A stretch of DNA of 63,992 nucleotides, filler included, from Chiloscyllium plagiosum (taxonomy: Eukaryota): NCBI RefSeq assembly GCF_004010195.1. It is 4 parts of one record of this genome, joined end to end, with 100 filler letters (N's around TTAATTAATTAA, not from the genome) between each part and the next. Parts side by side here need not be neighbours in the genome. Positions count along the whole stretch, not along the records: positions 1 to 17,685 come from NC_057711.1; positions 17,786 to 33,727 come from NC_057711.1; 2 more parts are not named here. One strand, written 5' to 3'. The position numbers and the translations under genes were made by a program. The notes under the pieces are model-generated. The model did no database searches, was not told where the DNA came from, and saw only the letters and a program-made list of their open reading frames with translations. Within the stretch, counting starts at the first letter, position 1; each line of letters opens with the position of its first letter. Positions 12,101-24,394 of this stretch are shown in pieces.

Positions 12101-15100
12101 CCACAAATACTGAGGGCCAAATGGCCCCTGTAACTTCAAATACTAGGGGCCTATTGCCGCAAAACCTCAAATACTGGGCCTCTTGCCCCCTGAAAACCCA
12201 AATACCTGGGGCCTCTTGCCCCTTCTAACCTCAAATACCAGGGGCCTCTTGCCCCCTGAAACCTCAAATACCAGGGGTGCCTTGTGCCCTGAAACCTCAA
12301 ATACTGGGGCCTCTTGCCCCCTGTAACCCCAAATGCCAGGGGCCTCTTGCCCCTGTAACTGCAAATGCCAGGGGCCTATTGCCCCCTGTAACCACAAATA
12401 CTGTGCCAATTGGCCCCTGTAACTTCAAATACCAGAGTCCTCTTGCCCCTGTATCTTGAAATATCAGGGACCTCTTGCCCCTGTAACTGCAAATACCAGG
12501 GGCCTCTTGCCCCCTGTAACCACAAATACTGGGGGCCTCTTGCCCACTGTAACTTCAAATACCAGAGGCCTCTTGCCCCCGTAACCACAAATATCAGGGG
12601 CCTCTTGCCCCCGTAACCACAAATACCTGGGGCCTCTTGCCCCCTCTAACCTCAAATGCCAGGGGCCTCTTGCCCCCTGTAACCTGAAATACCAGGGGCC
12701 ACTTTCCCCTTGTAACTTCAAATATCAGGAGCCTCGCCCACGAAACCTCAAATACCAGGGGCCTCTTGCCCCCTCTAACCTCAAATACCAGGGGTCTCGC
12801 CCCCTGAAATCTCAAATACCAGGGGCCTCTTACCCCAAAACCTCAAATACTGGGGCCTCTTGCCCCCTGAAACCCCAAATGCCTGGGGCCTCTTGCCCCT
12901 TCTAACCTCAAATACCAGGGGGCTCATGCCCCCTGAAACCTCAAATACCAGGGGCCTGTTGTCCCCTGAAACCTCAAATACTGGGGCCTCTTGCGCCCAG
13001 TAACCCCAAATACCAGGGGCCTCTTGCCCCTGTAACTGCAAATACCAGGGGCCTATTTCCCCCTGTAACCACAAATACTGAGGGCCTCTTGCCCCCTGTA
13101 ACTTCAAATACCAGAGGCCTCTTGCCCCCTGTATCTTGAAATATTAGGGGCCTCTTGCTCCCTATAACCTCAAATACCAGGGGCCTCTTGCCCCCTCTAA
13201 CCTCAAATGCCAGGGGCCTCTTGCCCCCTGTAACCTGAAATACCAGGGGCCACTTTCCCCTTGTAACTTCAAATATCAGGAGCCTCGCCCCCGAAACCTC
13301 AAATACTGGGGCCTCTTGCCCCCTGAAACTTCAAATACCTGGGGCCTCTTGCCCCTTCTAACCTCAAATACCAGGGGCCTCTTGCCCCCTGAAACCTCAA
13401 ATACCAGGGGCCTCTTGCCCCCTGTAACCTCAAATACTGGGGCCACTTGCCCCCTGTAACCTCAAATGCCAGGGGCCTCTTGCCCCCGTTCTGCAAATAC
13501 CAGGGGCCTATTCCCCCTCTGAAACCACAAATACTGGGGGCCTCTTGCCCCCTGTAACTTCAAATACCAAAGGCCTCTTGCCCCCTGTAACCACAAATAT
13601 CAGGGGCCTCTTGCCCTCGTAACCTCAAATGCCAGAGGCCTCTTGCCCCCTGTAACTTCAAATATCAGGGGCCTCTTGCCCCCGTAACTGCAAATACCAG
13701 AGGCCTATTGCCCCCTGTAACCACAAATACTGGGAGCCTCTTGTCCACTGTAACTTCAAATACCAGAGGCCTCTTGCCCCCTGTAACCACAAATATCAGG
13801 GGCCTCTTGCCCCCTGTAACCTCAAATGCCAGAGGCCTCTTGCCCCCTGTAACTTCAAATATCAGGGGCCTCTTGCCCCTGTTACCTCAAGTACCAGGAG
13901 TCTCTTGCCCCGTGTTGCCTCAAATATCAGGGGCCTCTTTCCCCCTGTAACCTCAAATGCCAATGGCCTCTTGCCCAAACTAACCTCAAATACCAGGGAC
14001 CTCTTGCCCCCTGAGACCTCAAATGCCAGGTGCCTCTTGCCCCCTGTAACCTGAAATACCAGGGGCCGCTTTCCCCTTGTTACTTCAAATATCAGTAGCC
14101 TCGCCCCCTGAAACCTCAAATACCAGGGGCCTCTTGCCCCAAAACCTCAAATACTGGGTCCTCTTGCCCCCTGAAACCCCAAATACCTGGGGCCTCTTGC
14201 CCCTTCTAACCTCAAATAACCAGGGGCCTCTTGCCCACTGAAACCTCAAATACCAGGGGCCTATTGCCCCCTGTAACCTCAAATACTGGGGCTTGCCCCC
14301 TGTAACCCAAATGCCAGAGGCCTCTTGCCCCCATAACTGCATACCAGGGGCCTATTGCCCCCTGTAACCACAAATACTGGGAGCCTCTTGCCCCCGTAAC
14401 TTCAAATACCAGAGGCCTCTTGCCACTGTATCTTGAAATATCAGGGGCCTCTTGCCCCCTGTAACCTGAAATGCCAGGGGCCTCTTGCCCCCTGTAACCT
14501 GAAATACCAGGGGCCACTTTCCCCTTGTAACTTCAAATATCAGGAGCCTCGCCCACGAAACCTCAAATACCAGGGGCCTCTTGCCCCCTCTAACCTCAAA
14601 TACCAGGGGTCTCGCCCCCTGAAACCTCAAATACCTAGGGCCTCTTGTCCCTTCTAACCTCAAATACCAGGGGCCTCTTGCCCCCTCTAACCTCAAATAC
14701 CAGGGGTCTCGCCCCCTGAAACCTCAAATACCTAGGGCCTCTTGTCCCTTCTAACCTCAAATACCAGGGGCCTCTTGCCCCCTNNNNNNNNNNNNNNNNN
14801 NNNNNNNNNNNNNNNNNNNNNNNNNNNNNNNNNNNNNNNNNNNNNNNNNNNNNNNNNNNNNNNNNNNNNNNNNNNNNNNNNNNNNNNNNNNNNNNNNNNN
14901 NNNNNNNNNNNNNNNNNNNNNNNNNNNNNNNNNNNNNNNNNNNNNNNNNNNNNNNNNNNNNNNNNNNNNNNNNNNNNNNNNNNNNNNNNNNNNNNNNNNN
15001 NNNNNNNNNNNNNNNNNNNNNNNNNNNNNNNNNNNNNNNNNNNNNNNNNNNNNNNNNNNNNNNNNNNNNNNNNNNNNNNNNNNNNNNNNNNNNNNNNNNN

Positions 15101-17000
15101 NNNNNNNNNNNNNNNNNNNNNNNNNNNNNNNNNNNNNNNNNNNNNNNNNNNNNNNNNNNNNNNNNNNNNNNNNNNNNNNNNNGCCTCTTGCCCCCTGTAA
15201 CTTCAAATACCAGAGGCCTCTTGCCCCTGTATCTTGAAATATCAGGGGCCTCTTGCCCCTGTTACCTCAAGTACCAGGAGTCTCTTGCCCCGTGTTGCCT
15301 CAAATATCAGGGGCCTCTTTCCCCCTGTAACCTCAAATGCCAATGGCCTCTTGCCCAAACTAACCTCAAATACCAGGGACCTCTTGCCCCCTGAGACCTC
15401 AAATGCCAGGTGCCTCTTGCCCCCATAACTGCATACCAGCGGCCTATTGCCCCCTGTAACCACAAATACTGGGAGCCTCTTGCCCCCTGTAACTTCAAAT
15501 ACCAGAGGCCTCTTGCCACTGTATCGAAATATCAGGGGCCTCTTGCCCCCTGTAACCTGAAATGCCAGGGGCCTCTTGCCCCCTGTAACCTGAAATACCA
15601 GGGGCCACTTTCCCCTTGTAACTTCAAATATCAGGAGCCTCGCCCACCAGGGGCCTCTTGCCCCCTCTAACCTCAAATACCAGGGGCCTCTTGCCCCTGT
15701 AACTGCAAATGCCAGGGGCCTATTGCCCCCTGTAACCACAAATACTGAGGGCCAATTGGCCCCTGTAACTTCAAATACCAGAGGCCTCTTGCCCCTGTAT
15801 CTTGAAATATCAGGGGCCTCTTGCCCCTGTAACTGCAAATACCAGGGGCCTCTTGCCCCCTGTAACCACAAATACAGGGGGCCTCTTGCCCCCTGTAACC
15901 AAATACCAGAGGCCTCTTGCCCTCTGTAACCACAAATATCAGGGGCCTCTTGCCCCTGTAACCTCAAATGCCAGAGACCTCTTGCTCCTGTAACTTCAAA
16001 TATCAGGGGCCTTTTGCCCCCTGTAACTTCAAATATCAGGGGCCTCTTGCCCCTGTTACCTCCAGTACCAGGAGTCTCATGCCCCGTGTTGCCTCAAATA
16101 TCAGTGGCCTCGTGCCCCCTTTAACCTCAAATGCCAGTGGCCTCTTGCCCCCACTAACCTCAAATACTGGGGCCTCTTGCCCCGAGACCTCAAATGCCAG
16201 GTGCCTCTTGCCCCCTGTAACCTGAAATACCAGGGGCCACTTTCCCCTTGTAACTTCAAATATCAGTAGCCATACCCCCTCAATCCTCAAATACCAGGGG
16301 TATCTTGACCCCTCTAACCTCAAATACCAGGGGTCTCACCCCCGAACCTCAAATACAAGGGGTCTCGCCCCGAAACCTCAAATACCAGGGGCCTCTTACC
16401 CCCTGTAACCTCAAATACTGGGGCCTTTTGCCCCCTGAAACCCCAAATACCTGGGGCCTCTTGCCCCTTCTAACCTCAAATACCAGGGGCCTCTTGCCCC
16501 CTGAAACCTCAAATACCAGAGGCCTCTTGTCCCCTGAAACCTCAAATACTGGGGCCTCTTGCCCCCATAACAAATACCAGGGGCCTCTTGCCCCTGTAAC
16601 TGCAAATACCAGAGGCCAATTGCCCCCTGTAAACACAAATACTGAGGGCCTCTTGCCCCCTGTAACTTCAAATACCAGAGGCCTCTTGCCTCTGTGTCTT
16701 GAAATATCAGGGGCCTCTTGCTCCCTGTAACCTCAAATACCAGGGCCTCTTGCCCCCTCTAACCTCAAATGCCAGGGGCCTCTTGCCCCCTGTAACCTTA
16801 CCAGGTGCCTTTTGCCCCCTGTAACCTCAAATACTGGGGCCTTTTGCCCCCTGAAACCCCAAATACCTGGGGCCTCTTGCCCCTTCTAACCTCAAATACC
16901 AGGGGCCTCTTGCCCCCTGAAACCTCAAATACCAGGGGCCTCTCGCCCCCTGTAACTTCAAATATCAGGGTCCTCTTGCCCCCTGTAACCTCAAATACCA
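9112..17000. repeat. ~7.9-kb tandem satellite, 33-bp consensus GGGGCCTCTTGCCCCCTGTAACCTCAAATACCA (30-33 bp variants)
   Basis: More than 200 adjacent monomers; 11-aa periodicity (KYQGPLAPCNL) in the ORF track; contains a 399-N gap. Confidence 0.98.
14784..15182. other. Assembly gap (399 N) inside the satellite
   Basis: N run. Confidence 0.99.
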
Positions 17001-17153
17001 AAAGTTAATAATTTCCTATATTGAAACTGTTGAGGGCAACAGTCTTCGAAAACTGCTGAAAATACAGACATCCGATCTTTTTAAAGCCTGAGAATAAAAA
17101 AAATTCAAACGATCTCGAAGTTTTTTTTAAAACCTAAAAAGAAAGGAAGACCG

Positions 17154-17350
17154 TGAGAAACAAATCTCACAATATAATAAATTTCAGTCCGAGTCAAATT
17201 CTGAAGCAGCGAATTTTATTGAAATGTTCTTGAAAGACGGGTGTCTAACAAGTAGGCACCCCGATCCAAAAATTTCTCCACAATTTATACAGTTAATTGA
17301 GTCTCTCTTGGTACTTCCCCGTTTACCTCATTGGGCTAACATATTACGTG
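17154..17350 (-). mobile_element. Partial retroviral-type LTR (U3-R-U5 end)
   Basis: Minus-strand order: CCAAT (17330-17334), TATAAA (17284-17289), AATAAA (17215-17220), end ...TTTCTCA. CpGs are retained. Truncated by the Penelope element at about 17352. Confidence 0.6.
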
Positions 17351-17351
17351 T

Positions 17352-17903
17352 CACCCCACACAGACTCCGGACCACCTTTAAACCAGCAGAGTTCGGACCC
17401 GAACAGGACAAACAGTACAGATTACAGATTCAAAAACACCAGCAACGGTTCTCCATCAAGATCCTCCGCTCCACGCTTGCAGCAATGCGCCAGTACCTAA
17501 CCTCTCTACAGTCTGCCCTCCCTCAGCTGAGGGCCACACTCTCTCAGAATTGCAAAGGACCCACTCTGTACTACATCCTCAGGAGAATCCATACTCTCAA
17601 CAAACAGTATTTCAATTCCATCTCAAACATCAAAAACTAAGTACAACAAACTTTTATCTACCCACCCCCATAACCAGCGCTCCTCNNNNNNNNNNNNNNN
17701 NNNNNNNNNNNNNNNNNNNNNNNNNNNNNTTAATTAATTAANNNNNNNNNNNNNNNNNNNNNNNNNNNNNNNNNNNNNNNNNNNNACCTTATGCCTGAAA
17801 CGTCAATTCTCCTGCTCCTTGGATGCTGCCTGACAGCTGCGCTTTTCCAGCAACACATTTTTCAGCTCTGATCCCCAGCATCTGCAGTCCTCACTTTCTC
17901 CTG
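17352..17903 (+). mobile_element. Penelope-like element: ORF N-terminal part, gap, pseudo-LTR tail
   Basis: TPHRLRTTFKPAEFGP...ILRSTLAAMR..L, then after the gap gaaacgtcaattctcctgctcc...ctcactttctcct. Confidence 0.75.
17686..17785. other. 100-nt scaffold spacer N44-TTAATTAATTAA-N44
   Basis: Identical spacer at 33728 and 56342; the 12-mer gives stops in all six frames. Confidence 0.97.
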
Positions 17904-18005
17904 CTGAATATGTATATACATCATTGTACATGGCAGGAAGAGTTACACCCAAAATGTTAAAAATCACACAACACCAGGTTATAGTCCAACAGGCTTAATT
18001 GGAAG

Positions 18006-18044
18006 CACACTAGCTTTCAGAGCGCTGCTCCTTCATCAGGTGGT
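18006..18044 (-). ncRNA. Minimal type I hammerhead motif in a second PLE-type terminal repeat (about 17958-18048)
   Basis: CAC-CUGAUGA-A-GGAGC agc GCUCU-GAAA-GCUA-GUG: core intact, palindromic AGCU stem III, CAC/GUG stem I. Confidence 0.65.
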
Positions 18045-18049
18045 TGTCA

Positions 18050-18422
18050 ACTAACAGATTGAAAGAGCAGTTAAGAAAGTATTCATACTCTATTAATAGG
18101 GGTACAGAGCAACAAGGTTGTTGAATCTAGTTCTGGACTGTATGTTAGGAAGGATATGAATGTATTGAAGAAAGAGCAGAAAAGCTTTGTGAGTGTTTCC
18201 AGGATGAGGAATTTTCATTTATGAAGATAGATTTGAAAAGCTGGGACTATTTCCCCTTAGAGATGAGAAGGCTGAGAGATCTGATTGATGTATTTGTTGG
18301 ACTGTCAAAGGAAGCCCTCACAAACATGGGGAGAACACATAGTTATCAGAGAATGACAATCAAACCCAGGCCTCTGGTGCTGTGAGGCAACAGTGCTAAC
18401 CACTGAGCCATTGCACCACCCT
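18050..18422. mobile_element. Old CR1 fragment (+) followed by partial HE1 SINE (-)
   Basis: Decayed ttaggaaggat...gagaaggctgagag CR1 signature; gctgtgaggcaacagtgctaaccactg SINE head. Confidence 0.7.
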
Positions 18423-19039
18423 GCAGCATTTCCAGCATTTTTGGTTTTGAGCCTCTAAATGACTAATCCAGTCGGATAATCATTATTCTACTGAATGCAT
18501 TGTAACAGCAGGAACTTTTTGCATTCCTTGTTGGAAATGTAAATTTAGCTTGAATTCCAGCAACTTCCTCAGTGTTGCATGAGTCTTAATGTGCACCCAA
18601 ATTCTAGCCGCACCTCTCCAAATGGTGTGGAATTTGAATTCTAAAGTGGTTGAAAAGCAAAAGTCAAAAAGCGAGGGATGAGTTAACTTAAAATGTTCCA
18701 AAGGAAGCTATCACTGGGGCATATGTAGACATTGTAGGTGTTATTAGCAGGACCAACATGGACCTGATGTTTTTCTGAAGATGTATTATGACCAGAAACT
18801 CTGTTTCTCCCTCTACAAATGCTGTCTCACTTGCTGAGTATTACCAGCATTTTCTGTTTTTCTTTCAGTCTTTCAGCATCTGCTGCATTTTGCTTATTTT
18901 GAAATCAGAGAAACTTTTACTGAGGGATCCCACTGTTCCATATTTTCCAACCATCTTTGGCAATAGCTTGTTCAAATTAAATTAGCTGTGATTATGAGCC
19001 AAGGATCTGAATAATTAATATTGCAACATTAATATTGAC

Positions 19040-19325
19040 ACAGCCTTAGAATTAGAGGGGGTAAATTCAGAACAGAAATGCTGAGACATTTCTTCAGCCA
19101 GAGAGTGGTGGGCCTGTGGAATTCATTGCCGTGGAGTGCAGTGGAGGCTGGGATGCTAAATGTCTTCAAGGCAGAGATTGATAAATTCTTGATGTCACAA
19201 GGAATTAAGGGCTACGGGGAGAATGCGGGTAAGTGGAGTTGAAATGCCCATCAGCCATGATTGAATGAGGAGTGGACTCGATGGGCCGAATGGCCTTACT
19301 TCCACTCCTATGTCTTATGGTCTTA
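19040..19325 (+). mobile_element. CR1 3' end
   Basis: FFSQRVVGLWNSLP-type sequence; tail ctatgtcttatggtcttat. Confidence 0.88.
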
Positions 19326-19634
19326 TTTCAAACAACTGAGAATGCCTTGGCCAATATCACAGATTTGTTTCTTTAAAGTTTTGCAGACTTCAAGAAGATA
19401 TATTTGCCCACTGGTCAATTCCATGCAAATCTATCACTTAACAATTTGTCTGTTGCTTGTGTGTATAAGTGTAATTTATTTTCTAAATCTCTCTGAAATT
19501 CTTAGGTTTGGAATCTGCAAGGCTTTTAACATAGCGGCAACAGTGGAAGCAGGCAACACGAGACAGCAGGCAGTGAGAATGGAATCAGGCAGCCAGGACA
19601 ACCAGTGGGAACAGCAACAGGCTGCAAGGCAGTG

Positions 19635-20040
19635 AGAGCAGGGGTGGGTAGCCTGGAGTGGTCAGTGCTGTGAGGGGGAATGGGCAGCCCAGAGTGATCA
19701 GTGGTGTGAGTGGGAGCAGGCAGCTCAGAGTGGTCAGTGGTGTGAGTGGGAACAGGTCAGACCAGAGTGGTCAGTGGTGTGAGTGGGAGCGGGCAGCCCA
19801 GAGTGGTCAGTGGTGTAAGCAGGAGTGGGCAGCCTAGAGTGGTCAGTTGTGTGAGTGGGAGTGGGCAGCCCAGAGTGGTCAGTGGTGTGAGTGGGAGCGG
19901 GCAGCCCAGAGTGGTCAGTGGTGTGAGCGGGATCGGGCAGCCCAGAGTGGTCAGTGGTGTGAGCAGGAGTGGGCAGCCCATAGTGGTCAGTGGTGTGAGT
20001 GGGTGTGGGCAGCCCAGGGTGATCAACGGGAGTGGGCAGT
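19635..20040. repeat. 36-bp minisatellite (GAGTGGGAGCGGGCAGCCCAGAGTGGTCAGTGGTGT), about 11 copies
   Basis: Direct tandem copies; 12-aa periodicity SGSGQPRVVSGV. Confidence 0.95.
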
Positions 20041-20440
20041 GCAAGGCAGCAGCCTCGGGTGAGGTCAAGCCTGGAGCAGGGGAAGGGTTCCAGACCTTAA
20101 GAGGAATGCGAGCCCAGCATGACCTGTGTTAACTGTGTTTTTTTTTGTTTTTTCACTTTTTAGTAAGAAGGACTGTTTAACATTTTGACTTAGTTTTCTT
20201 TATCTTTGTACCTAAGATTCCTACCTAGGTACCGTTTGTATCCAAGATGGCACCATGAGGGGCAACTTGTAAACTTTTCACTCTACTCATGTGAGCACAT
20301 GTAACAAGAAACCTAATTCAATTCAATACATTTTTTTTGTATCTTCTGTGTTTTTGGCGTAATTCCTAGCCCATCATGCCACACTGGGCATAGACAGCAA
20401 GGGAATAAAGGAAATGACATGAGTATGAGGAAATGACAAA

Positions 20441-20735
20441 TGGGCAGCATGGTGATTCAGTGGTTAGCACTGCTGCCTCACAGCACCAGGGACCCAGGTT
20501 TGATTCCAGCCTTGGATGACTGTATGTGTGGAGTTTGCACATTCTCCCCGTGTCTGTGTGGGTTTCCTCCCACAGTCCAAAGATGTGCAGGTCAGGTGAA
20601 TTGGCCATGCTAAATTGCCCATAGTGTTAGGTGCATTAGTCAGAGGAAAATGGGCCTGGGTGGGTTACTTTTCAGAGGGTCAGTATGGACATGTTGGGCC
20701 AAAGGGCCTGTTTCCACACTGTAGGGAAGCTAATC
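20441..20735 (+). mobile_element. HE1-type SINE
   Basis: ggtgattcagtggttagcactgctgcctcacagc head; gggcctgtttccacactgta tail. Confidence 0.92.
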
Positions 20736-20917
20736 TATTGAGGAGAGATATTCATTGAAAAGCTGGTCTTTTGGAAGGTTTGTGAAGAGGTGAGAGAGAA
20801 GTTGTGATTCAAAAAGACTTGAGGGAGGGAATTACAGAATGTGAGAGCTTACCAAATATATCAAAGAAACAGAGTTGGAAAACTGTTAGAAGTAATCAGC
20901 TGGTTCTATAGCATTCT

Positions 20918-21421
20918 GGGCCTGGAAGTTAAGGTAGGCAGAAGCTAACATTCTCTGAGGTTGGCTGCCAGTTTTGGGGCCCCATCCATGCCCTTTTCTC
21001 AGAGGTGCAAATGGAGGGTGCCAGGGATATGTGCCTGCGCACAGCGGGTGCTCAATCACACTCACTAAGAGCCAGTTGAGGCCAATTAATAGAGGCCAAC
21101 TCGGATTTTCCAGTCACCTCCTGGTTTCTGCAGGAAGTGGGGCCAGCCCTCTGCTCTGAGAGACATGCCTGGGTAAGAGAATGACAGAACATCCAGCAGA
21201 GGGGTTCCATCCCCCAACCCCCACCATCAGGAAAACAAGTTTTTTGATTTCATATTTGAAAATGGTGGAGTGGGTGTCCCTCCATCTTGAAGCACCCTCT
21301 CTCTGACTGACCTTTTATTGCATGTGGGAAGCTCACTGGAAACTATCGGGCCTCCTTTTATATAATGGGACACTAATCAAATTATTCATAGTTTAAAATA
21401 GATGTTTGAATATCCAGGCCC
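20918..21421. mobile_element. Probable non-autonomous DNA transposon (MITE, possibly Harbinger-type)
   Basis: Terminal inverted repeats gggcctgga (20918) and tccaggccc (21413-21421); no convincing TSD. Confidence 0.4.
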
Positions 21422-21749
21422 CAATTCTGGTCTAGAAGCTTTGCTTGGCCTCCCTTAAGCTCCTGACGAGAAAGCGAGACATGGTCGGAAAGGACATCTC
21501 ATTGTCAACTACATGTTAAATCCCATGGTTTCCTGATGTAGAGAGTGACCCCCAGACATGCTTAGCTCTCAGCTGATAACCATGTTCAAGTCAGGTACAC
21601 ATAGAAACTCTGGAGTCAATCTCAGAAAAATGCATAATTAAAATGCATCAGAATTATTTTATTTGTAATTCACTTGTAACTGACGCCTGTGCAATCATCG
21701 ACAGAACTTTCTCTTGTTACTAGTGCTCTCCCTCAGTTCTGTGTCAACT

Positions 21750-23659
21750 AACCTACCATTGTTCATGATGGGTTACCGTCAAGGGTAGAAAAGGGAACCG
21801 GCAGGCAGTGTAGGGACTTCCTGTGGTGGATCCCCTCAACAACAAGTATACCGTTTTGGATAATGTTGGTGGAGGGAGTGACCTACCAGGGGTAAGGAAA
21901 GGGGCACAAAGTCTGTCCCCAGTGCTCAGAAGGGAAGGGGAAGGGGAAGAGGAGCAGAGCATTAGTCACTGGGGACTCCGTAGTTAGCAGGACAGATAGG
22001 AGGATTTATGTGGAACGAGAGAGACTCATGATTGGTTTGTTGCTTCCCAGGTGCCAGGGTTTGTGATGTCTTTATTCATGCTTTCGGGATTCTTGAGGGG
22101 GAGGGGGAGCAGCCCTAAGTCATGGTCCACATAGGCACCGATGACATAGGTAGAAAGAAATGTGGGGATCTCAGGCTGCAGAGATGGTGCAGGAGGGAGG
22201 GTTTTGGATTCTTGGATAATTGGAGCTCTTAGATTAGATTCCCTACAGTGTGGAAACAGGCTCTTCAGCCCAACAAGTCCAAACCGACCCACCGAAGCGT
22301 AACCCACCCAGACCAATTCCCCTACATTTACCCCTTCACCTAACACTACGGGCAATTTAGCTTGGCCAATTCACCTGACCTGCACATTTTTGGATTGTGG
22401 GAGGAAACCGGAGCACCCGGAGGAAACCCACGCAGACACAGGGAGAATGAGGCGGGAATTGAACCCGGGTCTCCAGCACTATGAGGCAGCAGTGCTAACC
22501 ACTGTGCCGCCCACAAGTTACCTTTCTGGGGAAGGTAGGATCTCCACAAACAGGATGATCTTCACCTCAGCCAGAGAGGTATGACTATCCTGGGGGGGAA
22601 ATTTGCTAATGCTCTTTGGGGGGTGTTTAAACTAATGCAGCAGGGGGATGGAATCTGAATTGTAGCTCCAGTGTACAAGAGGTTGAGGACAGTGAGGTCA
22701 GGGATAGGTTTACAATGTCACGACAGGGCACCAGCAATCAGGTTGTTGGTTTGAAATGTTTTTACTTCAATACCAGGAGCATCCAGAATAAGGTGGACAA
22801 ACTTGCAGCATGGGTTGGTACCTGGGATGGTATCTGGGATTTCAATGTTGTGGCCATTTCAGAGTCATGGCTGGAGGAGGGACAGGAATAGTTGTTGCAG
22901 ATTTCAGGACTTAGATGTTTCAACAAGGACAAAGATGATAAAAGAAGGGGTGGCGGGGGGGGGGCGTGTTGCATTGTTAATCAAGTGTATTATTACAGCA
23001 GCTGATAGCATGTTTGAGGACTCATCCAATGAAGTAGTTTGGACTGAAGGTTAGAAACAGGAAAGGAGAGGTCACCCTGTTGGGAGCTTTCTATCGGCCT
23101 CCGAATTGTTTCGGGGATGTAGAGGAAAAGATAGTAAAGATGATTCTCGATAGGAGCGACAGTAACAGGGTAGTTGATGCGGCAGACATTATCTGCCCCA
23201 ATATTGACTGGGAATATTATAGTTCAAGTAATTTAGATAGATCAGTTTTTGTTCAATGTGTGCAGGATGGTTTTCTGACTTAGTATGTAGACAGGGCAAC
23301 AAGCAGCGATGCCATATTGGATTCGGTACTGGGGAATGAACCCAGCCAGGTGTTAGATTTGGAGGTAAGTGGCGATAGTGACCATAATTTGGTTATGTTT
23401 ACAGTAGCAATGGGCAGGGATAGTTATATACCACAGGGAAAGAGGTATAACTGGGGTAAAGGCAATTATGATGCAATTAGGCAAATTTAGGATGCATAGG
23501 ATGGGGAAGGAAACTGCAGGGGATAGACACCCTTGAAATGTGGAGCTCATTCAAGGAACAGATACTGCAGGTCCTTGATAAGTATATATCTGTCAGGCAG
23601 GGAGGTAATTGCCGGGAGAGGGAGCCATGGTTTACTAAAGAAATTGAAGCTCTTGTCAA
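21750..23659 (+). mobile_element. Long CR1 LINE, 5' part (ORF1 SGNH esterase, ORF2 endonuclease)
   Basis: GDS, CFPGARV and VHIGTDD ORF1 motifs; N.RSIQNKVDKL and FYRPPN endonuclease motifs; breaks at gaagctcttgtcaa. Confidence 0.9.
22229..22512 (-). mobile_element. HE1-type SINE inserted in CR1 ORF1
   Basis: SINE head, body and ttagattagatt tail. Confidence 0.92.
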
Positions 23660-24027
23660 TAGACAATAGACAATAGATAATAGGTGCAGGAGGAGGTCAT
23701 TCTGCCCTTCGAGCCTGCACCACCATTCAATATGATCATGGCTGATCATCCTTAATCAGTATCCTGTTCCTGCCTTATCTCCATAACCCTTGATTCCACT
23801 ATCCTTGAGAGCTCTATCCAACTCATTCTTAAATAAATCCAGAGATTGGGCCTCCACTGCCCTCTGGGGCAGAGCATTCCACACAGTCACCACTCTCTGG
23901 GTGAAGAAGTTTCTCCTCATCTCTGTCCTAAATGGTCTACCCCATATTTTTAATCTGTGTCCACTGGTTCGACACTCACCCATCAGCGGAAACATATTTC
24001 CTGCCCCCAGAGTGTCCAAACCTTTAA
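23660..24027 (-). mobile_element. CR1 3' end (well preserved)
   Basis: IKGLDTL...FFTQRVVTVWNALP; tail (ATTGTCT)n abutting the host CR1 breakpoint. Confidence 0.92.
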
Positions 24028-24394
24028 TAAGGGCTGGTAACGTGAGGGCAAACCCCCTAACACTCAGGTCAATGAGAACATGGATTAAGGGTTCAATCAT
24101 GCACATTACTTACTCTATTTCTGAGGCCATGCTTTCAAGTGACTGAGCTATCCACTCAGTTGTATCAAAACAGCAGCTCAAGGAGATGGAGGCCACAAAT
24201 TGTCAAACTACTAATAGCATCAGTATTAATAAATCATGGCTATAAATAATCTGAGAACATTCAAAGTTAGGGAAAGCACTCCTTATAAATTCTCTCATCT
24301 GAACGCAATCTTTCATGCACACTTGAAAGTTTTGAGCTTCTGCAGACTGAAGCTCGTTTTGGTTTCTATAATTACTGCAATTAAATAGTAATAT

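Noticed and set aside
9112..17000. CRISPR-like array of ~33-bp palindromic repeats
   Set aside because: Monomers are directly adjacent with no unique spacers, no cas genes are present, and the context is vertebrate.
9037..17008. Dozens of ORFs with KYQGPLAPCNL or FEVTGGKRPLV repeats
   Set aside because: By-product of a 33-bp period; frequent 30-32 bp variants shift frame, and ORFs occur in many frames on both strands.
17224..17640. 138-aa ORF as a host gene
   Set aside because: Chimeric read-through from antisense LTR sequence into a Penelope ORF fragment.
17730..17741. TTAATTAATTAA palindrome in N runs (also 33772-33783 and 56386-56397)
   Set aside because: Artificial six-frame-stop scaffold linker, not biological.
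19746..20132. SGSGQPRVVSGV repeat protein
   Set aside because: Explained by the 36-bp minisatellite; no splice or promoter support.
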